Origin: Eledone cirrhosa
Taxonomy: Eukaryota
DNA length: 64,000 bases
Assembly (NCBI GenBank): GCA_964016885.1
Contig: OZ024749.1
Location: 6,510,001 to 6,574,000 of the forward strand
Direction: 5' to 3'
Part shown: positions 27,088-40,114 of the stretch, piece by piece
Layout of the letters: every line of letters begins with the position of its first letter
Numbering within the stretch: position 1 is the first letter of the stretch
Notes under the pieces: model-generated
What the model saw: the letters and a program-made list of their open reading frames with translations, nothing else
Database searches by the model: none
Told to the model about the DNA's origin: nothing
Translations under genes and position numbers: made by a program

Positions 27088-27726
27088 ATACATATATATA
27101 TATTCATATAGCAATTGGAAGAACTTAGTCTAAGGAAGCTGTTATAACAGTAAAATGCCGTCAATGGCAGCAGCAATGAGACAAATGTACCTCAAAGGAT
27201 CGAAATAAGTGACTAGAAGTGTGTTGGCTCCCAGCAGTGATAGGAAGAAATAAGGGATAAAATAGATGAGAAGGGATCTCACAAACATTAAATTGTCTCC
27301 TCAGCCTTTAGACCACCTGTAGTTTTGACGATTTAACTAACGTAAATATATACATATATATAGATACACACATATATATATACATACATACATATACGTA
27401 GTTACATATATCATCTGATAATTCTCATGTCATGTAATGTCATGAATAACAGCAGCTGTTTAAGTCTAGTCCAGTGTCCGGTCATTATTAGATTCTCATA
27501 GAACTGATGAACTCTGGTCACAACTACAGCCAATGCCAATATCTCTCTTTATCTGCCACTAATCAATATTACTAATCAAATATCTTTCATGATTACTCAT
27601 TGCCTTATTTTTTACTTGTTTGTGAATAATAGCTAGATTCACTCTATCTGATGACTGTTTTTTTTATTGTCCCTTTTGTTTTTTCTATTGCTAGATACTA
27701 TCTCGTAACATCCTGTAGTGATAAGA

Positions 27727-27776
<50 letters not shown>

Positions 27777-27821
27777 AAGTTAAATAAAAAGTCAAATGTT
27801 TAAAATTTAGCTTCGTTTATT

Positions 27822-27876
27822 ACTGCTATATATATTTCAGTGACAGCCATCTTTGGCTGTGACCTCTTCAGGCAGT
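27822..27876 (-). ncRNA. Minimal type I hammerhead ribozyme motif (PLE-associated)
   Basis: actgc-CUGAAGA-ggtcacagcca(aaga)tggctgtcact-GAAA-tatata-UA-gcagt; next to a (TA)n tract. Confidence 0.75.
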
Positions 27877-28054
27877 TTGAATTAGTGTGGTATAGACAAG
27901 TACATATGTTGTTGAGGTGTATAATTTTGTCAATACTCTGATATGCCCAGTTCCTGGTTGGGTTGTTATTTCACTGAGTGCTCCAGCCTGCATACTGAGG
28001 TGTTGGTATACAACCAGCATATACTCAAAATCTCTCTCTCTATATATATATATA

Positions 28055-28385
28055 TCATCATCATCATTTTACGTCAGCTTTTCCCTGCTTGCAAGGGTGG
28101 GACGGGAACTGCTACTGGCTTGATTTCTACAGCTGGATGCCCTTCCTAACACCAACCTCATTTACAGCGAGTGCTGGGTGTTTTTTTTTGCCATGGCACC
28201 TCCACGACCACCTTGCAGTGGAATGATAGGGACCCCAGTCCCTCTCATCTCATTTCTACAGCTGAGTAAACTGGAGCAATGTGAAATAAAGTGTCTTGCT
28301 CAAGGATACAACACATCACCCGGTCTGAGAATTGAACTCACAACCTTTCAATTGCAAGGCCAATGCTCTAACCACTAAGCCATGT
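28055..28385 (-). mobile_element. CORE-SINE family A
   Basis: Same structure as 17402-17785. Confidence 0.85.
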
Positions 28386-28387
28386 AT

Positions 28388-31300
28388 ATATTGTTATACT
28401 TGGGGAGGGTCATATTGTTATAATATTGCCAGAAATAATAACAGAACACACTCACTGTTTGGTTGGTTTTCGCTTCTGTATCTTTTATATTTCCATAGTT
28501 AATTCATTTGGCAATCAATATTTATCATTGACTGACCAACGGTAAAAAATACAGATATAAACACATATATATAGTCTAACAAAGTTCTTTCGTTGCACAT
28601 CTGCAACATCATCAGTGGTACTATTATGTTTCCTCCTGTTGTATTGTATGTCTACGCCATTTTTATTTTATCTGTTTATTTATTTATTTATTTGTCTTCT
28701 TCTCTGCGCATGCGTTTGTGTGTGTGGATAGTGTTTTGTGTGTGTGTTCGTGTTTGGGTGACTGTGTTTTGGTTATTGTATTATATATTAGTTTACTAGT
28801 GTGTGTTTATATGTGTTTGTTGTTATTGTGCTTGTGCATATATTTATTTATTTATATATATTTCTCTTAAGTCAGTATTGTTTGTTTGGGTGTTGTTGTT
28901 ATTCCATTCATTTTTTCTGTTTAGCTTTGGCCTTCTAAGTTCTATTTCGCTTGCCTCTCTGATTTGCCTATCTGCTGGGTCATTTCTATGTTTAGATATT
29001 ATTTTAATTTCTATGTTGTCTATGTTACTGTCGTGTTGTTGTCTGGCATGTTCGTATAGTACTGAACCGTTTTTTTGTCCTTTTAGTTCCCCCAGTGTTG
29101 GTCTATTCTTTCTCCTTTGCTACGAGCTGTCTCACTTATGTATGTTGTTGTCATGTTTAGGCAGGTACCCTCTGTACATCTTATGCTATAGACTACATTT
29201 CTAGTTTTACAATTTATCTGGGGGTTTACTTTACATATAATACATTTCCTATTAGTAAAGTGGGTTTTCTTAAAAGGGTAGGTTTTGCTGATCAGGGATT
29301 TTATGGTAGTTCCTGGCTTTTCTACCACTTTAATCTTTAAGTGGGTCTTTCTCAGGGCCTTTCTACACTGGTTAGCTAATTTCCCTCCAGGGGTAGCGTC
29401 CATGAACAAGACACTCTGGTATCTCTGGTTGTCGTACCATGAGGTGGCTTTCCCTATCTCATGTTTAGTCCTATCTAAGCTATTCCAGGATTTGCTCCTG
29501 TATAATAGGCAAATTTCTTTCATGTCCAGTTCTATGAGGGTCTTATACTTCTCCGTGGCTCCTTCATATACTCAGATTCTGTCTCTTTGGTTGTAGCCAG
29601 AGAACTGCATGTGGTTGATGAAGTGTTGGATGTGTCTTTCCATTTCTGTTGGGTCGCACATGCGGGACACGTTCTTCATCACTCGTAACAAGTCTGCGAT
29701 CAGAATATTAAACTTAGCACTATTGGACATTGCAGAGTTTTTGAGTACCAGGTATTTGGAAGCCATAGGTTTAGCGTAGTGGGCGTGGAGAATTTCAGCC
29801 CTCTCATCTATAGTGTTAATCCAGAGTTCCGTGTCCAATACAGGTAGTCTACTGCTAGGGTGTTTGGAAGGGTAGTCAATAGTTACAGTATATACTCTGG
29901 TGTATGCTTTACATTGTGCTATATTATAAATCATATTCGTTAGTACTCTCTTGTGGGGATGTCCTTATTACTATATTAATATCGTTTACGTAACGAGAGT
30001 ACCTGATGAGGTCTATGGAGCTCTCTTCAAGGAGATCTTTGAGTCTCCTTTCCCACCATACCATAAATAGATTGGCATCATCACCACCGATGATGACGTC
30101 AATGGCTGCTCCCTCATTTTGGGTGTAGATCTTTTTGTTGAATTTGAATATATGACCCTTTAGGGTAGTTTTAATACTAGCCTCTATTGCATGCGCAACC
30201 ATTTTTCTTACCTGATCATTGTTTTTGGGTGTCCGTATGGCTTTGGTCCACCCAATTCTCCTTCCAATGGAAGTCTTGTTTGCCATTGACGTTATGATGC
30301 GAGGTCTACTTCTTATAGGTCTACTAGGGCAGATATGGCAAAGGTCATGGTTGTCTAGGTACTCGGTGTCATAGGTAAGTCTAAGTAGGAGGCCCAGTTC
30401 GTCTGTGTTGACGTCGCAGAACTCCACCTCACTCTCACTGATCATCTCCACACATTTTTCCATAGCAAAATCAATGTTAATGGATGGGTAGAGTGATACC
30501 ACCTCCATACTGCCTATTATGCAATTAGATAGGTTTTTTGTTTTTGTTACACTCATTGATTCTGCTTAGGAGGTCCTCTGTACTGTCACATACATATGGG
30601 CACATCTTGATTATGGGGCATATAACCATTAAGAGGAAGTAGGAGATCCTGTAGTTGCTAGCAATATTGGCTCCGCATACAGGTCTTGTTGGAGGTCCTG
30701 TTGTTGGGTCGTCTTTGCAGAGCCCATACAAGGGTGGTATGTCATTGTTAGATGCCTGGAAGTTGTTGGCAGTGTGTCTTCTTGGCCTTAGGATGTCGGT
30801 CCACATCATCATGTGAGCGTTGAGGATCTTCTCTCTCCCCTCATGCGTTTGTTGTTTAATTTCACCCATGTTGGTGATGTGGGGTTGCATAGCCTTGATG
30901 TAGTTCGGCATGCTGTCTATCGACATCCTACCAGATTTATCTGTGGGTAGACACACTACCTCACCATCCCTTGTGCGCTGCTTAAGGCTAACTAAGCCTT
31001 CTACAGGTTTCCTTCCAAGTTGTTGGGCCTCTGGTCTGCTTTGTCTCTTAGTATACCGGTCTACTACTTGTCTAATCTTATGTCTAGCTATGGTGAGCTG
31101 TGCCTCTGTCTCGTCATCTATTTGTTGTGGTATGCCAACCCTTTTATTAAAAGATAACCTCGTAGGATAGATATTACTCATCTGATATGTTTTGTCAGCT
31201 GGGTTGAAGAATAGTTTCTCTAAGGTGGTGTCATTATGTCTATCGTCATAGTTGTGTGTGTTGTTATTATTGTTATTATGGTGGTTATTGTTGTTCCTAC

Positions 31301-32200
31301 CATTAACATTATTATTATTGTTAGTGAATTGGCAGTATCGGTAGAGCATCAGACACCATGCTTTACAGCATAGAGTTATGGCCCTTTACGTTCTGAGTTC
31401 AAATCCCGCCGAGGTTAACTTTGCCTTTCATCCTTACAGGGTCGATAGAATAAAGTACCAGTAATGCTCTGGGATAATTGCTGGCCTTGTGCCTAAAGTA
31501 GAAACAATTATTGTTATGGTTGTTAGATGTATTGTTGTTGTTTTCTCTATTGTTATTGTTGTTGTTACTGTTATGTCTACCTTTGTGGTTATTACTTTCA
31601 TTATTATGTTTCTTGTTTTTGTTGTTGTGTCTATCATTAATGTTGCTACTGGTATTATTTCCACTATTACTACTGTAGTTGTTGTTGTTGTTGTCGTGTC
31701 TGTTGTTAATGTTTCCATTATTATTATTGTGGTTGTTGGCGGTGGATTGGCATTATCGGTAGAGGGTCAGACGCCATCCTTTGACACATAGAGTTACGGC
31801 CCTTGCCATTCTGAGTTCAAATCCCGCCAAGGTTAACTTTGCCTTTCATCCTTACGGGGTCGATAAAATAAAGTACCAGTAATGCACTGGGTAATTGCTG
31901 GCCTTGTGCCTAAATTAGAAACAATTATTATTATTGTGGTTGTTGTTGTTGTTGCTCTGTCTATCGTTAATATTATATCGTTGGTCAGTCAACGGATATA
32001 CCTTGGAGGAGGCCAGCTAAACCTGCGTAGGTGTGAGCTGTCGCACACACACACAATGATAAACATTGATTGCCGAATGAATTAACTATGGAGATATAAA
32101 AGATGCAGAAGAGAAAACCAACCAAACAGTGAGTGTGTTCCGTTATTATTTCTGGCAATATTATTACAACAATATGACCCTCCCCAAATATAACAATATC
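28388..32200 (-). mobile_element. Decayed Penelope-like retroelement (RT + Cys linker + C-terminal GIY-YIG), with inverted pseudo-LTR
   Basis: Frameshifted ORF pieces 28870-31230: DKSGR, PPLYGL, PTRPVC, VVSLYPSI, FKFNKKIYTQNEG, SRYVNDI, RLPVLDTELW, LFMDATPGGKLA, CIIC...C, VVYSIRC...YISETARS...ERIDQH, RQIREA...LNRKNEW. 28388-28541 is the reverse complement of 31979-32200 (minus ~60 bp). Two Meta-SINEs at 31322-31512 and 31738-31930 lie inside. Confidence 0.9.
28571..28625 (-). ncRNA. Degenerate minimal hammerhead motif in the PLE 3' UTR
   Basis: atagt-acca-CUGAUGA-u-gttgca(gatg)tgcaac-GAAA-gaactttgtta-g-actat. Stem III is imperfect. Confidence 0.6.
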
Positions 32201-32675
32201 TGTTTCGACACACGATTTCATATCAAAAACCTTGCAAAACTATCGAAATTTTCTTTCGAACTGCTGAACTTACAACCTAACTGCTCCCTCTAGCACTGAT
32301 GGTGATTATCACTAAATATTGATGTTGATTTAGTTATTAATATTAATATTATTGGGCACCCACTGAAGATCTGTAAGAGCCCACATGCATAAGAATCGAT
32401 TGATCTCACACAAGTTTCTACATTACTTGGTATAATTTCACCCACCATGTAGAAATCTTACAATGAAACGATTCATTTGGAAAATGAGATCTTTAATATA
32501 TCTCATATAAAATAATACAGACAATTATCCACACAATACAATATAGTTAGCACCCCAAACGTTTAATTGGGAATATACTCCGCTATTTCCTAATGATTGT
32601 TGAATGAGTTGGAAATTGGTCGGAGTATCGCTAATAGCTTTCTCCGTTTATGTTATTATATATATATATATATAT

Positions 32676-33058
32676 GGTGGCACATGGCTTAGTGGTTAGA
32701 GCATTGGCCTTGCAATCGAAAGGTTGTGAGTTCAATTCTCAGACCGGGTGATGTGTTGTTTCCTTGAGCAAGACACTTTATTTCACATTGCTCCAGTTTA
32801 CTCAGCTGTAGAAATGAGATGATTGGACTAGGGTCCCTATCATTCCACTGTAAAGTGGTCGTGGTTGTGCCACGGCAAAATAGCATCCAGGCCACACTGC
32901 AAAGTGGTCGGGTAGGTGCCACGGCATAAAAGCACCCAGCACTCACTGTAAATGAGGTTGGTGTTGTGTTAGGAAGGGCATCCAGCTGTAGAAATCAAGC
33001 CAGAATCAGTTCCCGTCCCACCCTTGCAAGCAGGGAAAAGCGGACGTAAAATGATGAT
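32676..33058 (+). mobile_element. CORE-SINE family A
   Basis: A/B boxes, CORE, two 48-bp modules, RTE-B tail. Confidence 0.85.
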
Positions 33059-33116
33059 ATATTTAGAATAAGAATATGCGAAGTAGTTTCAGATGGTAAA
33101 GTCCTTTATTGATAAT

Positions 33117-33191
33117 GCTGTGATACATATTTCCATGATGAAAGTGGCCACACGAATCCGCCTAACCAGTGTCATGATCTCATCAGACAGC
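33117..33191 (-). ncRNA. Minimal hammerhead ribozyme motif
   Basis: gctgt-CUGAUGA-gatcatga...tcatg-GAAA-tatgta-UC-acagc; canonical NUC site. Confidence 0.7.
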
Positions 33192-33947
33192 TTCTTACAT
33201 AATAAGGGTATGTTCTTGAGGCAATCCAGATTAAAACGACAAAGGAACGGACGAACATGATGTTCTTGAAGACTTTGCCCGTTCCCTTGTGAGCCCTAAT
33301 TACCCTCCACAGCTCTGAGCAGGCGCAAATGTGAGGGAAGTTTACTGTCTAACTACTACCCAAAACAACAAAAATAGCCTAGGCAAGCCCCTCCACAACC
33401 AATCTCCCCCATCCATGACACGGTCACAGGGTTCACGCCAGCCACTAAGTTATAGTTTACTATTAGTCCCACTCCAGCAGCAGCCGACAAAATCTCTGTG
33501 GTAGCGGTAGGGTATAAGTTTCACTACCACCCCTATTTATGCTTAGACAATGGAATTGACCATCACCCTTGAAGATAATATAAACTTAATTCTAATTTAT
33601 ATTCGGGAGTCTACATGTTAACACATATCTGAGGAGCTTCCAATTCCAGAGTCAGGTTCGATCATTAATAGATCGTTCCTCGAGCTGATTGACAGTGAAA
33701 CATATGTAATATGTAATTAAATATGTATATGATGTAACACTGATACTTTGTTCCCTTATATATTATTATTATTGATACTCTGCTCTCCAAGACCATCGAG
33801 TGCTCATATCGGCATACCGCCTACAGACGCAATTAATTGGCACCTTTAATACCTATATATATATGTATGTGTGTGTGTGTGTGTTAGGAAATTCTGAAGG
33901 AAAAGCAAATGAAAAAAGAGTGCTCTATGTATGGAAGAGAGCTATCA

Positions 33948-34011
33948 CTGTCTGACGACCAATCTAGACATATATTATTATTGTCTTGGATCCAGAAACC
34001 TTTGGTAATGG
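33948..34011 (+). ncRNA. Degenerate hammerhead-like motif
   Basis: ctgt-CUGACGA...agaca..tgtct...GAAA-cctttgg-UA-atgg, just upstream of (TA)n. Confidence 0.4.
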
Positions 34012-34044
34012 AGTAGTTATATTATGTGTTGTTCACTTTCTAAT

Positions 34045-34104
<60 letters not shown>

Positions 34105-34107
<3 letters not shown>

Positions 34108-34470
34108 GTTGTTTTTGAATTTGTACATGAGGTAATGAGTTCATCCTTTTTGTTTAACAATTGGCCCTTTGCAAACAACATCTGGATTTTTTCCTCCGAG
34201 CATAAATTACTTGAACAGCGTCCTCCAGAGTAAGATTTTGCCTTGGAAAGTATGCTCCAACAGATTATAATTAGGACCAACTTGTTACCTCGTTCAGCTA
34301 CATTCCCACTATTCTAATACCGGTGGCTTAGTTCAGATCTAGCTGTTGAAATGGCTGGAGCTCAGCCGTCGGGGTCCTGACTCTTTTCCTATTACCCACT
34401 TTAATACCCAAGTACTGAATACTCTGGTGAGTTATGGTCCACCTGGTATCTTACCACACTCCCTTTGTTA
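34105..34470 (-). mobile_element. PLE fragment with GIY-YIG C-terminus, flanked by (TA)n
   Basis: WSILSKAKSY...NLCSEEK...LLNKKDELITSC matches the PLE endonuclease tail motif WxILxxAxxY...CxLCxxEK...LLNKRxEL. Confidence 0.7.
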
Positions 34471-34649
34471 TATATATATCCATAATATTTCACCACATAG
34501 TGTACAGCAATAATTGTGTGTATGTAATTTACATTGATCATGTTGTGAAGTCTCGTAGATTTCTTCTTAGTTAATGAGGACCTCATGTTTACGTAACATT
34601 ATATTGTCATGTAGGCAATGGCAGAACTCATGGAAATTAGGAAAATCCA

Positions 34650-36110
34650 TAGGAGGTTGTTGGTGGTGGTGGTGTTGGTGTTGTTAGTGGTGGTTGTTGC
34701 GGTGGTGGTGGTGGTGGTGGTGTTGTTGTTAGTGGTGGCTGTGGTAGTGGCTGTGGTGGTGGTGGTGGTGTTGTTAGTGGTGGTTGTGGTGGTGGTGGTG
34801 TTGTTAGTGGTGGCTGTGGTAGTGGCTGTGGTGGTGATGGTGGTGTTGTTAGTGGTGGCTGTGGTGGTGGTGGTGGTGTTGTTAGTGGTGGCTGTGGTGG
34901 TGGTGGTGGCTGTGGTAGTGGTGTTGTTGTTAGTGGTGGTTGTGGTAGTGGCTGTGGTGGTGTTGTTAGTGGTGGTGGTGGTGGTGTTGTTGTTGTTGGT
35001 GGTGGTGGTGGTGGTGGTGGTGGTGGTGGTGTTAGTGGTGGCTGTGGTAGTGGCTGTGGTGGTGGTGTTGTTAGTGGTGGCTGTGGTGGTGGTGGCTGTG
35101 GTAGTGGTGGCTGTGGTGGTGGCTGTGGTGGTGGCTGTGGTGGAGGTGGTGTTGTTAGTGTTGTTAGTGGTGGTGGTGGTGGTGGTGTCGTTAGTGGTGG
35201 TTGTGGTGGTGGTGTTAGTAGTGGCTGTGGTAGTGGTGTTGGTGTTGTTAGTGGTGGCTGTGGTGGTGGCTGTGGTGGTGGTGGTGTTGTTAGTGGTGGT
35301 TGTGGTGGTGGTGGTGGTGGTGTTGTTAGTGGTGACTGTGGTAATGGCTGTGGTGGTGGTGGTGTTGTTAGTGGTGGCTGTGGTAGTGGCTGTGGTGGTG
35401 GCTATGGTGGTGGTGGTGCTGTTAGTTGTGGTTGTGTTGGTGGTGGTGTTGTTAGTGGTGGCTGTGGTGGTGGTGGCTGCGGTAGTGGTGGTGTTGTTAG
35501 TGGTGGCTGTGGTGGTGGTGGCTGCAGTAGTGGTGGTGTTGTTAGTGGTGGCTGTGGTGGTGGTGGCTGCGGTGGTGGTGGTGTTGTTAGTGGTGGCTGT
35601 GGTGGTGGTGGCTGCGGTAGTGGTGGTGTTGTTAGTGGTGGCTGTGGTGGTGGTGGCTGCGGTAGTGGTGGTGTTGTTAGTGGTGGCTGTGGTGGTGGTG
35701 GTGTTGTTAGTGGTGGCTGTGGTGGTGGTGGTGTTGTTAGTGGTGGCTGTGGTGGTGGTGGCTGCGGTAGTGGTGGTGTTGTTAGTGGTGGCTGTGGTGG
35801 TGGTGGTGTTGTTAGTGGTGGCTGTGGTGGTGGTGGTGTTGTTAGTGGTGGCTGTGGTGGTGGTGGTGTTGTTAGTGGTGGCTGTGGTGGTGGTGGTGTT
35901 GTTAGTGGTGGCTGTGGTGGTGGTGGTGTTGTTAGTGGTGGCTGTGGTAGTGGCTGTGGTGGTGGCTGTGGTGTAGTGGTGTTGGTGGTGGTGGCTGCGG
36001 TGGTGGTGGTGTTGTTAGTGGTGGCTGCGGTGGTGGTGGTGTTGTTAGTGGTGGTTGTGGTGGTAGGGTGGTGGCGGTGGTGTTGTTAGTGGAGGTGGTG
36101 GTGGTGGCTG
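34650..36110. repeat. (GTG)-derived compound minisatellite
   Basis: Units such as gtggtgttgttagtggtggctgtg; produces a spurious poly-Val ORF. Confidence 0.93.
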
Positions 36111-37029
36111 AAGGTAAGTGGCAATGAAATGATGGTAATTACCATTTCCCTAACATCCTCACAGTATGATAACTCTAGGTACAGTAGCCATTATCTCTAT
36201 ATCCATATATATATAATGGTTGCATGCTTAAGTTATGCTCCAAATGCCAACTTAATGATAACAGAAACATGTTACTCATGTGTAACATCCTCTACACGTT
36301 AATCCAAGTGCTAGAAATAGCAACCAGTTATTAAAAAAAAAAACATTAAACATTTTTTTATTCTTCTTGTTCGTCTCCCCCCCTCCTCCACCACCATCCT
36401 CTTCCTCCTCTACGCTCATCTGTTTTCTTCTTCTCCTCCTGCTCCCTATTTGCCCACTTATTCCATGGAGTGTTGTGGAGCAGAGCCCTCAAACATGTCT
36501 TCCAGTGGGTCCTGTCAGAAGCAATCATTGCCAAACTAACAGAGGAGATGGAGCTATGGGTGACACTGTTAGCTCACCAAAACACCCTCACAACCCAGTG
36601 AGTTAGCTACAATGAGGCAAGTAAAGGTCACCTCCAAAAAGGCAACATTTTAAACTCTTTTGATAAAAAAAAACACACCTAAAATCTCTCCTGAGTTTAA
36701 TACATAAAACTGTGTTTTAAAATATATATAAAATCTGCATTTATCTAAAAACCTTCCATCACAATTCTATGTAAGAATCTTTTTTTAAAGTTATATTCCA
36801 AACAGCAGCTCCATAATTAGTTAGTTTTATTGTTAAATCCCTCTAAATTCTTAATCATTTTCAAAATTAATTGAAAACTATAGGTAGTATTTTTCATTAG
36901 AAATATGGTAACAAAAGGATTAAATGTCTTTACAAGAAATATGCTAATAAAAAAAGTCATGGTGTTTATGTTTACCTAAAAACCTTCCATAATTATTCTG
37001 TGTAAGAATCTTTGTCAAGTTATGTTCCA

Positions 37030-38065
37030 AATAAGTTTTCTTGTGAACGTGACATGGGCATTATTGTCAACAAAGATTTGCGTTGGGCGAAGCACATCTC
37101 TAAAATTGTCAGAAAGACCTTTGTCAGCCACTATTTAAAGCTGTATAAAGTTAAGGTGTGTTCACACTTACAATTTGCATCACCAGTCTGGAATCCCTAT
37201 CTTGCTCAGAATATTGATCTCCTGGAAACTGTTCAGAGACTTTCAACCAAACAAATACCCTCCATCAGGCATCTACCATACTCTGAATGCCTTGCTTCCC
37301 TAGGCATGGATACATTAAAGCCCCAACTTGTGGCAACTGACTTGGTAGACATCCACAAAATTACTAACCATCTTTCCAAGAACAACCCTGAGCACCTTTT
37401 TGAATTCCATGTCGGCTGCTGCTGGAGTGGGACTAATAGTAAACACCTGTAGGCATGCTTACAAAGTCAGAAAATAACACAGATCCCATGACTTTCTGAA
37501 ACATTTTTTCATGCTCAGGGTTGCTGAAGCATGGAACAAACTACCTGCATCAGTTGTTAGCTGTCGAGACACTGCATCCTTTACAACCACCATGGAACAA
37601 ACTCCCTGCATCAGTTGTTAGCTGTCGAGACACTGCATCCTTTAAAGCCACCATGGAACAAACTACATGCATCAGTTGTTAGCTGTTGAGACACTGCATC
37701 CTTTAAAACCTCCATGGAACAAACTCCCTGCATCAGTTGTTAGCTGTCGAGACACTGCATCCTTTACAACCACCATGGAACAAATTACCTGCATCAGTTG
37801 TTAGCTGTCGAGACACTGCATCCTTTACAACCACCATGGAACAAACTACCTGCATCAGTTGTTAGCTGTTGAGACACTGCATCCTTTAAAGCCACCATAC
37901 TTCCTGAAATTCGCCAACACTACACCTGATACTCCCCCTCCATACACATGCGGGTATATCAAGACACACACTCTGTTCACTTTCATGACATTTGTACATT
38001 ATTCTATGTACTACACATGCACCTTTGATAAGTGGTAGTGCACCTGAGCTCCGTACACAATAATT
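37030..38065 (+). mobile_element. CR1-group LINE 3' fragment
   Basis: ERDMGIIVNKDLRWAKHI...LKLYK...HLQFASPVWNPY...LETVQR...YSECLASLG, later AWNKLP. Confidence 0.85.
37530..37897. repeat. 61-bp tandem repeat x6 inside the CR1 fragment
   Basis: Unit catggaacaaactacctgcatcagttgttagctgtcgagacactgcatcctttacaaccac. Confidence 0.93.
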
Positions 38066-38250
38066 TTCATTATTTCATTATTATATCAGCTTAATAATAA
38101 GAAAATTTATTATTTTAATCAACCTTTCCTTCAAGCTTGAAATTAATTTTGAAATAAATTCAAAATAAAATGTTGTGTCTTTAGATGGGAATGAAAGGGA
38201 TAAAAGACAACTTTTATATAAAACAACATATTTAACTGAAGCTCACTTAC

Positions 38251-38488
38251 ATTCACTTTAACTTCAAGACCTTTTATTTCCTCTTGACTAGCTTTCAGTT
38301 CTTGTTCCTTCCGATACTTCAATGACCGCATATCTCGTAGTTCTGATTCCAGATGTTCTCGGTCCTTCTCCTTTTTTTCTAGTAATAGCTGAAGTTGGTC
38401 AGCGGCTTCTTTCGCAGACATTGATGATTTCATGATAATGTTTAGCTTCTCTTTTAACTCAAAGAATTTTTCCCCGCATGATACCTCT
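38251..38488 (-). CDS. CCDC39: Internal coding exon (238 bp, phase 2 start, phase 0 end) of a coiled-coil protein, probably CCDC39
   Basis: Minus strand: pyrimidine-rich acceptor tttcattgcAG|, open frame EVSCGEKFFELKEKLNIIMKSSMSAKEAADQLQLLLEKKEKDREHLESELRDMRSLKYRKEQELKASQEEIKGLEVKVN, donor |GTAAGT. Ungapped against my recollection of vertebrate CCDC39 ([29 protein letters not shown]...KKAQEL...). Identity is from memory, not a database search. Confidence 0.8.
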
Positions 38489-38864
38489 CTGCAATGAAAT
38501 TAATAATAAAAATAAACAAACATTGGGCATAAAGGAAATTATCGAAACAAATTGTCAAGGGAACACAAAATTCATAGAAAACTGTGAAACTGAAATGAGA
38601 AAGAGTTGCTACAACATCCGAATGTTAATAATAACAGCATGGAAGTTGGGTAAAATACCCCCAAGGATAAAAAATAGTGGCCAGTGGCTGTTGGTTCGTT
38701 TATTTGACTGTCTGTTTTGCTTTGTTGCCATCACAGACATTATACCAGCAAAAATGATGTAGAATATGTGGTCCTCTTTTCCTGTGTGAAACTACGAGAC
38801 CAGATGAAAGCTGATGTTATTCAGATGCAACTGTGCTTTGGTCATATACATTTTATAACTTTAA

Positions 38865-39085
38865 CCCTTTAGCATTTAAAACTGGCCATATCTGGTCACA
38901 ATTCTCTCACTTCTTTCTGTTCAACCAGCTGTAACCAGCTGCTCTCAATGATTTTCAGGTATTGTTCTCAAAATAAATAATATCAAAATCTCAAAGATTT
39001 GATATCATGTGAGATAATTATGTGAGGTAAAACCCTTACCGGGAAAATATAATAATAAATATAGAGTAATGGAAATGCTAAAGGG
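38865..39085. mobile_element. piggyBac-like MITE
   Basis: TTAA|ccctttagcattt ... aaatgctaaaggg|TTAA. A decayed copy at about 56342-56565 and isolated ends near 105-124 and 8575-8595. Confidence 0.8.
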
Positions 39086-39660
39086 TTAATATATATATAT
39101 ATATGTATACAAATGGTTGGGAGGACTCTTCAGTTGTGTCAAAGACATGGAAACATCCCTAGTGCTATGATAAAATTCACTCAATAGAGCATAGAAAAGT
39201 ATGTAAGCAAAATTTAGATCCTTGGACTGTCTAAGAGGATGGGAGACCCACTTTTAGTACTGACTCAATGTGTGAAGAAACCATCCAAACCTTGCTAACA
39301 TGGAAAGCAGACTTTAGATGATGATTATGATGGCATATCATCATCATCATCATTTAATGTCCATTTTCCATGCTCGCATGGGTTAGATGGGTCGTCCCAT
39401 TAGAGGCAAACTGGCTCATGTAGGGCTATTCCTGGCTAGATTTCTATGGCTGGATACCCTTCCTAACGCCAACCATATTTACAGTGTGGGCTGGGTGCTG
39501 CTTGTCGTGAGACCTACACAATCACTTAACAGACTAATTCTATTTAGTCAAATACAGCATAAGCACACGTTACTTCCTAATTTTTAAATTCCCTAGCTGT
39601 TTCTAAACAAAGCATGCTTTGTGTCTCCTTATTTCTATATATATATATATCATCATCATG

Positions 39661-39692
<32 letters not shown>

Positions 39693-39698
39693 ATATAT

Positions 39699-39875
39699 TA
39701 TTCAAAATATTAATAAATGAAAAATATTCTCATAATCAAAATGTATATTTTATTATACATATTTCAAAGGTACAATCATGTTTAAGTACGTTTTCATCAG
39801 ACAAAATATAAGATTAGTTATGAGACATACCGCTACTGTTTTGATTATACAATTCCAATAGTGGCAGTGATTTAT
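39699..39875 (-). mobile_element. Short PLE-terminus fragment with hammerhead motif (39748-39805), next to (TA)n
   Basis: Single-arm homologue of the 49353-49698 palindrome: CUGAUGA-aaacgtac...gtaccttt-GAAA-tatgta-UA-ataaa. Confidence 0.7.
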
Positions 39876-39978
39876 TTCACCAACTCTCAACGTTTTTATA
39901 CCACAAATAATATGATAAACTTAGGTAGAAATATAGAAGGGGGATGCAAAGAAAAGGAAAAGGCAAGAAATAAACCAA

Positions 39979-40013
<35 letters not shown>

Positions 40014-40083
40014 ATGAATAAAAGAAGAAAAAATATAATAAATGAATAAAAGAAGAAAAAAGGTGTAAGAGAAAAAAAGGGGA

Positions 40084-40114
<31 letters not shown>

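Noticed and set aside
34618-35976. 452-aa poly-Val membrane-like ORF
   Set aside because: Translation of a (GTG)-type repeat.
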